In this document: piece by piece, positions 47,927-55,794 of the stretch
How the letters are laid out: every line of letters starts with the position of its first letter
Position numbering within the stretch: position 1 is the stretch's first letter
Source of the DNA: Micavibrio sp. UBA7689
Lineage (GTDB): Bacteria; Pseudomonadota; Alphaproteobacteria; Micavibrionales; Micavibrionaceae
Length of the DNA: 64,000 bases
Direction: 5' to 3'
Assembly (NCBI GenBank): GCA_002482805.1
Contig: DLGR01000034.1
Coordinates: 106,208-170,207 of the forward strand
Notes under the pieces: model-generated
Database searches by the model: none
Told to the model about the DNA's origin: nothing
The model's input: only the letters and a program-made list of their open reading frames with translations
Made by a program: the position numbers and the translations under genes

Positions 47927-48547
47927 ATGACAACCCTGATTATCGCCCGCCACGGCAACACTTTCGAAAAAGACGAAACGCCCCGCCGTGTGGGCGCGCG
48001 AACGGATTTACCTTTAACGGAAACAGGCCGTGCACAGGCGCGCGCGTTGGGCCAATGGCTCAAGACCAACGGCCATTATCCTGAAACAGTACACTCCTCA
48101 CAATTGTCCCGCACAATCGAAACCGCGCAAATCGCGCTCAAGGAAGCCGGATATAAAGAACCCGTATTCCCCTTGGCTATTTTCAACGAGGCCGATTACG
48201 GTCCAGATGAAAACAAAACTGAAGACGAAGTCACCAAACGCGTCGGGCAAAAAGCCATTTCTGATTGGGATGAAAACGGCACCGTGCCTCAGGGCTGGAA
48301 TTTCGATCCCGATCAATGCATCGAAAACTGGAAGAATTTCGCAGGCCATATAGTGGATGACCAGCAAGATTGTGTTTTGGTCGTAACCTCGAACGGCATT
48401 GCCCGCTTTGCCCCTCATATCACGGGGGATTTCGAAGGTTTCCGGGCAAAACACCCATTAAAGATTTCCACAGGCGCGGTTTGTGTCCTAAAATTCGACC
48501 AAGGCCGCTGGACGGTCACGGACTGGAATGTAAAACCCACATGCTGA
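47927..48547 (+). CDS. histidine phosphatase (phosphoglycerate mutase-like) family protein
   Basis: 206 aa with the RHG motif (LIIARHGNT). Its stop overlaps the yejB ATG (ATGCTGA). Confidence 0.82.
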   Translation: MTTLIIARHGNTFEKDETPRRVGARTDLPLTETGRAQARALGQWLKTNGHYPETVHSSQLSRTIETAQIALKEAGYKEPVFPLAIFNEADYGPDENKTEDEVTKRVGQKAISDWDENGTVPQGWNFDPDQCIENWKNFAGHIVDDQQDCVLVVTSNGIARFAPHITGDFEGFRAKHPLKISTGAVCVLKFDQGRWTVTDWNVKPTC

Positions 48548-49644
48548 ATTATATTTTACGCCGCCTGCTTTTGATGATCCCGACATTGCTCGGCATCATG
48601 TTCATTTCTTTTTGCATCATACAATTTGTTCCGGGCGGCCCTGTCGAGCGCATGATCTCGCAACTCCAAGGTCACAGCGTGGATGCAACCGCGCGGTTCG
48701 GCGGTGGCGGTGGCGGTGATATGGCGGTGGGCGCCGCGGGCGGCGGTGATGGCGCGGTGTCAAAGTACCGCGGCGCGCAGGGTTTGGACCCTGAACTCGT
48801 GGCGGAACTCGAAAAAATGTACGGGTTCGACAAACCCGCGCATGAACGTTTTATCCAGATGGTCAAAAATTATGCGGTTTTCAATCTCGGCGAAAGCTAC
48901 TACCGCGATGTTTCGGTAATTGACCTTGTGCTGGAAAAAATGCCTGTGTCGATATCGCTCGGCCTGTGGTCCACGCTTATTATATATCTGATCTCCATTC
49001 CTTTGGGCATCCGTAAAGCCGTGAAAGACGGACAGGCGTTCGATATATGGACGTCTGCTGCCGTGTTCGTTGGCTATGCCATTCCCTCTTTCATGTTTGC
49101 GATCCTGCTTATCATACTGTTTGCCGGCGGGCGCTATTTCGATCTGTTCCCGATACGCGGCCTTGTTTCCGATAACTGGCAGGATATGAACTGGTGGCAA
49201 GTATCGCTCGATTATATATGGCACATGATTCTCCCCGTCGCGGCCATGGTTATTTCGGGTTTTGCGGGGCTCACCATGCTCACGAAAAACTCGTTCCTTG
49301 ATGAAATCGGCAAACATTATGTTCTGACCGCGCGTGCAAAGGGTCTGGCGGAAAAGGACCTGCTCTACGGTCATGTTTTCCGCAACGCAATGCTCATCGT
49401 AATCGCAGGCTTCCCATCTGCATTCATCGCGATTTTCTTTACAGGTTCGCTGCTGATCGAAGTCATCTTCTCGCTCGACGGACTCGGCCTGCTCAGTTAC
49501 GAAAGTGTCATTAACCGTGATTACCCTGTCGTACTCGGCACGCTTTATATCTTCTCACTCATGGGTCTGATCATGACGTTGGTACGCGATGTGGTTTATG
49601 TGCTGGTCGATCCGCGTATCGACTTCGAAGCCCGCACTGTGTGA
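48541..49644 (+). CDS. yejB: peptide ABC transporter permease YejB
   Basis: [24 protein letters not shown] is the typical DppB/YejB N-terminus. The ORF track extension from 48370 overlaps the preceding gene. Confidence 0.85.
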   Translation: MLNYILRRLLLMIPTLLGIMFISFCIIQFVPGGPVERMISQLQGHSVDATARFGGGGGGDMAVGAAGGGDGAVSKYRGAQGLDPELVAELEKMYGFDKPAHERFIQMVKNYAVFNLGESYYRDVSVIDLVLEKMPVSISLGLWSTLIIYLISIPLGIRKAVKDGQAFDIWTSAAVFVGYAIPSFMFAILLIILFAGGRYFDLFPIRGLVSDNWQDMNWWQVSLDYIWHMILPVAAMVISGFAGLTMLTKNSFLDEIGKHYVLTARAKGLAEKDLLYGHVFRNAMLIVIAGFPSAFIAIFFTGSLLIEVIFSLDGLGLLSYESVINRDYPVVLGTLYIFSLMGLIMTLVRDVVYVLVDPRIDFEARTV

Positions 49645-49758
49645 TTTCCCTTTGATTTCAACACACTGTTTTGAGCATCAAAAACGTCTAATATAATAAG
49701 CTTACCTGGCACTCATTCTTTTTGAAAAGAATCGTCCATAACTGCCTAAAAACAGCAA

Positions 49759-49795
49759 TTAACCATTTGACAGAATAAGATCGTTCCTGTAGTTT
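49759..49795 (+). promoter_or_regulatory. candidate promoter TTGACA-N17-TAGTTT abutted by a TTAACCAT CtrA-type half-site
   Basis: TTAACCAT at 49759-49766, TTGACA at 49767-49772, TAGTTT at 49790-49795. About 30 bp upstream of the small ORF. Confidence 0.4.
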
Positions 49796-49822
49796 CCCCT
49801 CACTTTCAACAAGGAAATCGAC

Positions 49823-50092
49823 ATGGAACTGAAGGACATTCAAGAGCGTCTGAAAGAACTCCGCGACCGCATCCGAGCGGAAGGCCGTATTTCGCCTCAC
49901 GCCGAAGAAGAACTGAAGAACCTTTTGAACAGCACTCTTATCACCGCCAACGATGAACTTTCCGCCATCCAAGGCAAAATCCACTATTCCATGATCAAGC
50001 GCGCAGGCAACGATAACGTCCTGACCCCCGAACAAAAGCGCCGCCTCTCCATCATCGAAAAGACCGGCACAGGCTCCCAAGCCGTCCACTAA
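49823..50092 (+). CDS. hypothetical small coiled-coil protein (89 aa) between yejB and yejE
   Basis: ORF with its own candidate promoter. Helical, charged sequence. Confidence 0.4.
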   Translation: MELKDIQERLKELRDRIRAEGRISPHAEEELKNLLNSTLITANDELSAIQGKIHYSMIKRAGNDNVLTPEQKRRLSIIEKTGTGSQAVH

Positions 50093-50130
50093 GCGCTGGT
50101 ATTTTGGCCGATCGCGGCTAAAATAACGCC

Positions 50131-51156
50131 ATGGTTTTGTCCCCCTTGTCCAAACGCCGCCTCGCACAATTCAAAGCGAACAAACGCGGCTATTATTCTT
50201 TCTGGATTTTTCTGGCGCTGCTCGCCGTCTGCCTGTTTGCCGAAGTCATCGCCAACGACAAACCCGTGTTGGTAAAATTCGAAAACGGGTTCTACACGCC
50301 CTTTCTGCAATCCTATCCTGAGACCACCTTCGGCGGGGATTTCGAAACCGAAACCGATTACCGCGATCCGTATGTGCAGGAACTGATCGAAGCCAAAGGC
50401 TGGATCATTTGGCCGCTGATCCGTTTTTCCTACGACACTATTTCCTATGATCTTCCCGAACCAGCGCCGTCCCGTCCCACGGGCAAGAATATTTTCGGCA
50501 CGGATGACCAAGGGCGCGATGTTGCCGCGCGCGTGATTTACGGTTTCCGCATCTCCGTAGTGTTCGGTTTGATACTGACACTGATCAGTTCCATCATTGG
50601 CATTACGGCAGGCGCGTTCCAAGGCTATTACGGCGGAAAACTCGACTTGTTCATGCAGCGCGTGATCGAGGTCTGGTCGTCCCTGCCCTCGCTGTATATT
50701 CTCATCATCTTCTCGGCGATGTTCATTCCGGGATTCTGGACGCTGCTCGCCATTCTTTTGCTGTTCTCACAGGTGTCGCTGGTCGATGTGGTGCGCGCCG
50801 AATTCTTGCGAGCGCGGAATTTTGATTATGTCCGGGCCGCCAACGCACTCGGTGTTTCCAACCACACCATCATGCACCGTCACGTGTTGCCCAACGCCAT
50901 GGTTGCAACTATGTCGATGATGCCGTTCATTCTCACAGGCTCCATCACCGCGCTCACCTCGCTTGATTTCTTGGGATTGGGTTTGCCGCCGGGTTCGCCG
51001 TCCTTGGGTGAATTGCTGTCCCAAGGTAAAAACAATCTGCAGGCGCCATGGCTCGGCATTTCTGCCTTCTTCTCCCTCGCCTTCATGCTTACGCTTTTGA
51101 CCTTTATCGGCGAAGCGGTGCGTGACGCGTTCGATCCGCGGAAAACAACGCTCTGA
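50131..51156 (+). CDS. yejE: peptide ABC transporter permease YejE
   Basis: 341 aa, DppC/YejE-like (GTDDQGRDVAARVIYGFRISV...). Confidence 0.85.
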   Translation: MVLSPLSKRRLAQFKANKRGYYSFWIFLALLAVCLFAEVIANDKPVLVKFENGFYTPFLQSYPETTFGGDFETETDYRDPYVQELIEAKGWIIWPLIRFSYDTISYDLPEPAPSRPTGKNIFGTDDQGRDVAARVIYGFRISVVFGLILTLISSIIGITAGAFQGYYGGKLDLFMQRVIEVWSSLPSLYILIIFSAMFIPGFWTLLAILLLFSQVSLVDVVRAEFLRARNFDYVRAANALGVSNHTIMHRHVLPNAMVATMSMMPFILTGSITALTSLDFLGLGLPPGSPSLGELLSQGKNNLQAPWLGISAFFSLAFMLTLLTFIGEAVRDAFDPRKTTL

Positions 51157-51710
51157 TGCCTTCCCGCATATACAAGGGCTGTTTGATCGCCGCCACGACC
51201 AAAGCCGAAAAGCAAGGCCTGTGGTTCGTCTTCCATGCCGAAGGCAATGATGTGCTGGGCCTTGATCTCACGCAGCAACATCCCGCCATCGAATATAAAA
51301 GTTTTGCGAATGTGCTGCACGCGCCCGACCGTAAAGACGACAAGGACAAAATCGTTTTGATGGGCGGAAGCATGAACCCAGATGATGCACTTTCTATTTT
51401 GCATGAAACATTGCCGCAACCCGAAGATTCCGTCGTTATCGATGAAAGCTTTTCACTCCGCACCTATCGATACGTGCTTATCCCCGGTAAACCGCCTGCC
51501 GTGGTCGGCAATATCAAGGCGGCAGGTACCATCGCGTTTAAAAGCGCAGTCGACTTTCTGATCATCATGGGTTTCAAAGTATGGGAAATGCCTAAGCTCA
51601 TTTTGGATATCAATAACGGCCATTTTAAAGTCGTCCCCGCTACAAAGGACATAGTTTTTGAAACCCCGGCACAAGACAGGCTCACGAAGGCTTTGCACCT
51701 CGTTCATTAA
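51156..51710 (+). CDS. hypothetical protein translationally coupled to yejE
   Basis: 184-aa ORF whose ATG overlaps the yejE TGA (TGATG). No recognisable motif. Confidence 0.45.
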   Translation: MPSRIYKGCLIAATTKAEKQGLWFVFHAEGNDVLGLDLTQQHPAIEYKSFANVLHAPDRKDDKDKIVLMGGSMNPDDALSILHETLPQPEDSVVIDESFSLRTYRYVLIPGKPPAVVGNIKAAGTIAFKSAVDFLIIMGFKVWEMPKLILDINNGHFKVVPATKDIVFETPAQDRLTKALHLVH

Positions 51711-51747
51711 ACATTGAAACCCGCGGGAAAAAGGCTTATCTAAAGTT

Positions 51748-52944
51748 ATGACATTGAGCAACTCCATCGCCGCCATGAAAGAAGAATTCGCCGCTTACCG
51801 CCGTGAATTGCATCAGAATCCGCAAACTTCCTATGAGGAAGTTTTTGCGAGCGATTTCGTTGCCAAAAAACTCACCGAATGGGGCATTCCTCACAAGCGC
51901 GGCATAGCGGTCACGGGCATCGTTGCCACAATCGAAGGAAACAAAAGCGATTCAGGTAAAGCCATAGGTTTGCGCGCCGACATGGACGCACTCAACATGA
52001 CGGAAGAATCCGGCCAGCCTTGGGCTTCCAAAACACCTGGCAAAATGCACGGCTGTGGTCATGACGGGCATACGGCCATGTTGCTCGGCGCCGCAAAATA
52101 TCTTTCCGAAAACCGCAATTTTAACGGCAAGGTCCATTTGATTTTCCAGCCTGCCGAAGAAGGCGGCGCGGGCGCGATCCGCATGATTAAGGAAGGCTTG
52201 TTCAAGGAATTTCCGGTGGATGCCGTGTTCGGCATGCATAACTGGCCGGGCCTCACGATCGGCAAGGTAGGATTGCGAAACGGGCCTATTATGGCCTCAA
52301 CCAACACATTCGACATTGTTATCACCGGCAAAGGCGGACACGCCGCCTTCCCCCATCTTTCGGTAGATCCTATTCCGGCTACCGTGCAAATTGTTTCGGC
52401 CCTGCAAACCATCGTTTCGCGTCAGATCAATCCGCTCGACAATGCCGTTTTGTCGGTCACCAATTTCAACGCGGGATCGGGGGCATCGAACGTCATTCCC
52501 GATACGGCCAAACTGATTGGCACGTTCAGAACATTTACGCCGCAGACGCGCGCCTTTGTTGAAAAACGGATCGGAGAAATCACAAAAGGCATAGCTGCGT
52601 CTTTTGGCTGCACAGCCACGATTGCCATCAGCGACGGATACGATCCGACCATCAACACCCCGGATGAAACTGTATTCTGCACGCAAGTTTTGAAATCACT
52701 TATGGGCGAAAACAATGTCGATAACAATGTTGAACCCTGCATGGGTGCGGAAGATTTCGGCGCCATGCTTCAGGCCGTTCCGGGTTGTTATATATGGATG
52801 GGTCAAGGCGTCGAAGGAAAGCCGGATTCACCGCACAACAAATTCCTGCACAACACAGGCTATGACTTCAACGATGATTTAATTCCGATAGGCATCGAAT
52901 ACTGGGTCAAACTGACTGAAGCTGCCCTGCCCTTATCCAAATAG
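51748..52944 (+). CDS. M20 family amidohydrolase (hippurate hydrolase / N-acyl-L-amino acid amidohydrolase type)
   Basis: 398 aa. LHQNPQTSYEE...RADMDAL...HGCGHDGHTAMLLGAA...FQPAEEGGAGA. Confidence 0.88.
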   Translation: MTLSNSIAAMKEEFAAYRRELHQNPQTSYEEVFASDFVAKKLTEWGIPHKRGIAVTGIVATIEGNKSDSGKAIGLRADMDALNMTEESGQPWASKTPGKMHGCGHDGHTAMLLGAAKYLSENRNFNGKVHLIFQPAEEGGAGAIRMIKEGLFKEFPVDAVFGMHNWPGLTIGKVGLRNGPIMASTNTFDIVITGKGGHAAFPHLSVDPIPATVQIVSALQTIVSRQINPLDNAVLSVTNFNAGSGASNVIPDTAKLIGTFRTFTPQTRAFVEKRIGEITKGIAASFGCTATIAISDGYDPTINTPDETVFCTQVLKSLMGENNVDNNVEPCMGAEDFGAMLQAVPGCYIWMGQGVEGKPDSPHNKFLHNTGYDFNDDLIPIGIEYWVKLTEAALPLSK

Positions 52945-53607
52945 TCAGAGCTTGAGCGGCTCTACGGCCATGCCGCGTTCTTCCTTGGAAATGATCGTGA
53001 AATTGAACGCGATCGATATGCGGTCTTTTTCCGATTGGTGCGGCGTCACCGAATGCCACAAATAGGATGGGAATATAATTCCCATACCGGGGCGCGGGAA
53101 AAACTTCACATAGTTTTTTTCACTGAGCTCGGCCAGCGAAGCGTTGCCGCGCGGATCGTGCAAAATCAAAACACCCGGGTCTAACGCCCAATATCTTTTG
53201 GTGTCTTCCTGCACGAACAAATCCTGTTTTTCATTCACATCGGGAATATCGACATAATAAACGCCAGACACTTGCGCCTGATGGTTATGCGCGGGGACAT
53301 ATGCGCCTTTCTTGCCGTAGTTGGGAAACACATGCGTCTGCACGCCGAATTCGCCTTGGATGCCTTCGGCTTTAAGCCATGAAAGCATCCCATCCCACAT
53401 AAATTCTTTGAGCTTGGTCAGAACGGGATATTGATTGGAATGATCCATCATATCTTCAAGGTCGGCTATTTTTTCGAAATATTTGGAAGAGTATTTCTTT
53501 TCGGCGCGGAACATTTCGCGCAAACCTTCGACCATCACTTCGTCGCCGGAGTGTTTTGTAACAACTCTTGTGGGGAAATAAAGTTTATGATCCCAAGCCG
53601 CTTCCAT
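52945..53607 (-). CDS. putative 2OG-Fe(II) oxygenase superfamily protein (TIGR02466-like)
   Basis: 220 aa. HNHQAQVSGVYYV...FPSYLWHSVTPH fits the HxD/H...H facial triad pattern of this family. Confidence 0.6.
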   Translation of the reverse strand: MEAAWDHKLYFPTRVVTKHSGDEVMVEGLREMFRAEKKYSSKYFEKIADLEDMMDHSNQYPVLTKLKEFMWDGMLSWLKAEGIQGEFGVQTHVFPNYGKKGAYVPAHNHQAQVSGVYYVDIPDVNEKQDLFVQEDTKRYWALDPGVLILHDPRGNASLAELSEKNYVKFFPRPGMGIIFPSYLWHSVTPHQSEKDRISIAFNFTIISKEERGMAVEPLKL

Positions 53608-53650
53608 AGATATTATTAAAACAACAGCTTTTCGGCGGAGTCAATAAAAC

Positions 53651-54592
53651 CTATTGCGGAGCTAAGGCTGGTGCGGCTGAGGGTGCCTGCCCTGCAGCTC
53701 TGCGCAAGAACAGCGTGCCGGCACCTTCATCGGTCAGAAGTTCTTTCTCGATCGCCTGCTTGTCCGCGCCATTCAGTATGACCACACCGCCCACAGCAGG
53801 ATTGGAAGCTACGTCCATCGCGGCCTCGACTTTTAGTTTCATACCGCCGTAAATGGTACCATCGTCGATCCAGTGTCTCCAGTTATCCGTGTAGATATGC
53901 GAAATGCGTTTTTTGCTCTTATCGAGGACGGCATCAACGTTCGTACACAATATCAAACGCTGCGCGCCTAGCGAGATGGCGATTCCTGCCGCAACTTCAT
54001 CTGCATTGACGTTCATGCAAATACCGTCCTGCCCCATACTGATGGGATGAATGATCGGAATACTGTTCGCCGCCGTGAAGTAAGAAAGCTTCGCGCTGTC
54101 CACGTCCGTGAGCGTTCCCGTGCGGGAGTTCTCGAAACGTGGCTTCGCCGTTATCAGTCTGGAATCATTGCCGCCAAGCCCTATCGCATTCACATCCGCT
54201 CCAAGCTTGGCTGCTTCTTCATGAAACAGATTGACGATGCGGCGGTTGAGTTCGTTAAGGCAGCGGTGCGTAACTTCAAGAGTCGCCAGATCCGTAATGC
54301 GGGCATCCGTAACTTTGTCTTTTAACGGTTCTATCCCTGCGCGTTTCAATTCTTCATCGATCTGCGTTCCACCGCCATGAACCAGAACAACGCGCGCACC
54401 GAAATTTTTCAACGTGATCGCCTGTACCATCAGGTTACGAATAACGTCGTCCTGCGCCACCAACTCGCCGCCGAATTTGATGACGATGGTTTTGTCTCGG
54501 TACTTGGCGGCATAGCGCGCCGCTACCGTGTAAAAGTCGGGGGAAATGGTCGGCGGGGCCGCCGATACGCCGTCTGGGGAAGTCATACACAC
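53651..54592 (-). CDS. argB: acetylglutamate kinase
   Basis: 313 aa. IVIKFGGELV...VLVHGGG.QI...NVNADEVAAGIA. Confidence 0.92.
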   Translation of the reverse strand: MCMTSPDGVSAAPPTISPDFYTVAARYAAKYRDKTIVIKFGGELVAQDDVIRNLMVQAITLKNFGARVVLVHGGGTQIDEELKRAGIEPLKDKVTDARITDLATLEVTHRCLNELNRRIVNLFHEEAAKLGADVNAIGLGGNDSRLITAKPRFENSRTGTLTDVDSAKLSYFTAANSIPIIHPISMGQDGICMNVNADEVAAGIAISLGAQRLILCTNVDAVLDKSKKRISHIYTDNWRHWIDDGTIYGGMKLKVEAAMDVASNPAVGGVVILNGADKQAIEKELLTDEGAGTLFLRRAAGQAPSAAPALAPQ

Positions 54593-54655
54593 ACCTTGGT
54601 TTTCTTATTGATGATGTTATGTATAAAAATAATCTGGTTAACGTCAACAAATTAA

Positions 54656-54685
54656 TTGTAAAGGGATGGGTTTTTGCCTTATAAC
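54656..54685 (+). promoter_or_regulatory. candidate sigma70 promoter TTGTAA-N18-TATAAC (leader copy A)
   Basis: Conserved in copy B as TTGTAG-N17-TATAAC. The -10 ends 7 nt before the uORF ATG. Confidence 0.5.
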
Positions 54686-54692
54686 GGCCTCC

Positions 54693-54746
54693 ATGATCGA
54701 CATGGCCCACAGCATAATCTGCTCCCAGCGACGACGTACCGCCTGA
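54693..54746 (+). CDS. candidate 17-aa leader peptide A: MIDMAHSIICSQRRRTA
   Basis: ATG ATC GAC ATG GCC CAC AGC ATA ATC TGC TCC CAG CGA CGA CGT ACC GCC TGA. Same length, frame and stop context as copy B, with 9/17 residues identical. Confidence 0.55.
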   Translation: MIDMAHSIICSQRRRTA

Positions 54747-54826
54747 CCGCCCGGTTGGAATAGGTTCGGACGTGACGCCATTCGTCACATAATAAAAACG
54801 ATAAGCCCCCCACCGTAGCGGTCACC

Positions 54827-54865
54827 GAGACCTTCTCCCTCCCGAGAAAGGCTCCCCTGTTTTTT
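54827..54865 (+). terminator. attenuator terminator hairpin of leader A
   Basis: GAGACCTTCTC / GAGAAAGGCTC (10 bp, two bulges), loop CCTCCC, then CCCTG-TTTTTT. 24 nt upstream of the GNAT-A ORF. Confidence 0.5.
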
Positions 54866-54888
54866 CCTGACAACGCTGAACGATTACG

Positions 54889-55494
54889 GTGAAACCCATG
54901 TTAACGACCAATTTGGCCCTGAAGGCCATCCCTGAAGAGCAACCTCCCGAACCACAGCAGAGTTATCTGCTCATGACCAAGGCGGATATTCCCGCCTTCC
55001 TCGCCCTGCAGGCGAAAGTCATCGCGGCCTTGCCCGAAGACAAGAAGCACTATCTCAAACCCAGAACCGCAGAGGACCTCGAAGCCCATCTTTCGGCCGA
55101 CATGCCTGTCATCGTGGTCAAGGACCATGACGGCAAAATCATCGCGCAGGCGCTGGTCACCTTGTTCAACTCGCCCGCCGCGAAGAATCTCGGCGACTAC
55201 CCCAACATCGGCACGGATCCCAAGGCGGCGGTTCAGGCGGTTCAGGTAGATCCCGACGCGCGTGGCAAGAAGCTTTCGGAAGTGCTTCTAAATGCTGCCA
55301 AAATAGAAGCGGCCAAACTCGGCGCCGCCTCTTTGCTTGCCAAAGTCGCCACCGACAACGACAGCCAGAAGAGCTTTATCAGCACTCACTTCACAAAGGC
55401 GGCGGAGAACGTTTGGGACAAGGCCGGCCGCTACTTCGCGAACTATTTTCAGGTGGCATTGGCCAAGTCAGAGCCTCTTCTGAGGCCGGTTTAG
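54889..55494 (+). CDS. GNAT-family N-acetyltransferase, paralog A
   Basis: 201 aa (an alternative ATG at 54898 follows GGTGA). Motif A-like VQVDPDARGKKLSEVLLNAAKIEAAKLGA. Paralogous to 55795-56448. Confidence 0.65.
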   Translation: MKPMLTTNLALKAIPEEQPPEPQQSYLLMTKADIPAFLALQAKVIAALPEDKKHYLKPRTAEDLEAHLSADMPVIVVKDHDGKIIAQALVTLFNSPAAKNLGDYPNIGTDPKAAVQAVQVDPDARGKKLSEVLLNAAKIEAAKLGAASLLAKVATDNDSQKSFISTHFTKAAENVWDKAGRYFANYFQVALAKSEPLLRPV

Positions 55495-55553
55495 CATGTT
55501 GCAATTGTGTCACACCTGTGGCGGAGATTTTTTGGCCAAGGGGCAATTTATTA

Positions 55554-55582
55554 TTGTAGTGACCGTCACTTAGGCGTATAAC
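55554..55582 (+). promoter_or_regulatory. candidate sigma70 promoter TTGTAG-N17-TATAAC (leader copy B)
   Basis: The -10 ends 6 nt before the uORF ATG at 55589. Confidence 0.5.
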
Positions 55583-55588
55583 AAGGAC

Positions 55589-55642
55589 ATGATTTTGATG
55601 GACCACAACATAATCAATTCGAGAACCCGAAGTACGATCTGA
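55589..55642 (+). CDS. candidate 17-aa leader peptide B: MILMDHNIINSRTRSTI
   Basis: ATG ATT TTG ATG GAC CAC AAC ATA ATC AAT TCG AGA ACC CGA AGT ACG ATC TGA. The stop lies in the conserved cTGACCGCCCG block. Confidence 0.55.
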   Translation: MILMDHNIINSRTRSTI

Positions 55643-55722
55643 CCGCCCGCGTGGTTCAGGATCGGCAGTGGGTACATCTTCGCTGCATTTAAAACGAACA
55701 GCCTTCCACCGCTAGCGGTCAC

Positions 55723-55762
55723 GAGACCCCCTCCCTCCCAGAGAAGGGCTCTTTTGTTTTTT
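55723..55762 (+). terminator. attenuator terminator hairpin of leader B
   Basis: GAGACCCCCTC / GAGAAGGGCTC, loop CCTCCCA, followed immediately by TTTTGTTTTTT. Confidence 0.6.
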
Positions 55763-55794
55763 ACTCACTGCAAAACAAAAGACGTTAGAAAGAA

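Noticed and set aside
49707-49722. TGGCAC at 49707-49712 as a sigma54 promoter
   Set aside because: The positions where the -12 GC should be (49720-49721) are TT, so there is no -12 element.
54693-54866. Interpreting the GNAT leaders as a known metabolite riboswitch (ZTP/pfl, guanidine-I/II/III, glycine, c-di-GMP, SAM-II, glutamine) or as SRP/6S/tmRNA fragments
   Set aside because: I compared the conserved blocks (CTGACCGCCCG, CCACCG-TA-GCGGTCAC, CTCCCTCCC) with the consensus cores I remember for these classes and found no convincing match. The conserved in-frame 17-codon ORF, with its stop inside the helix, fits a leader-peptide mechanism better. An Infernal/Rfam scan is still needed.
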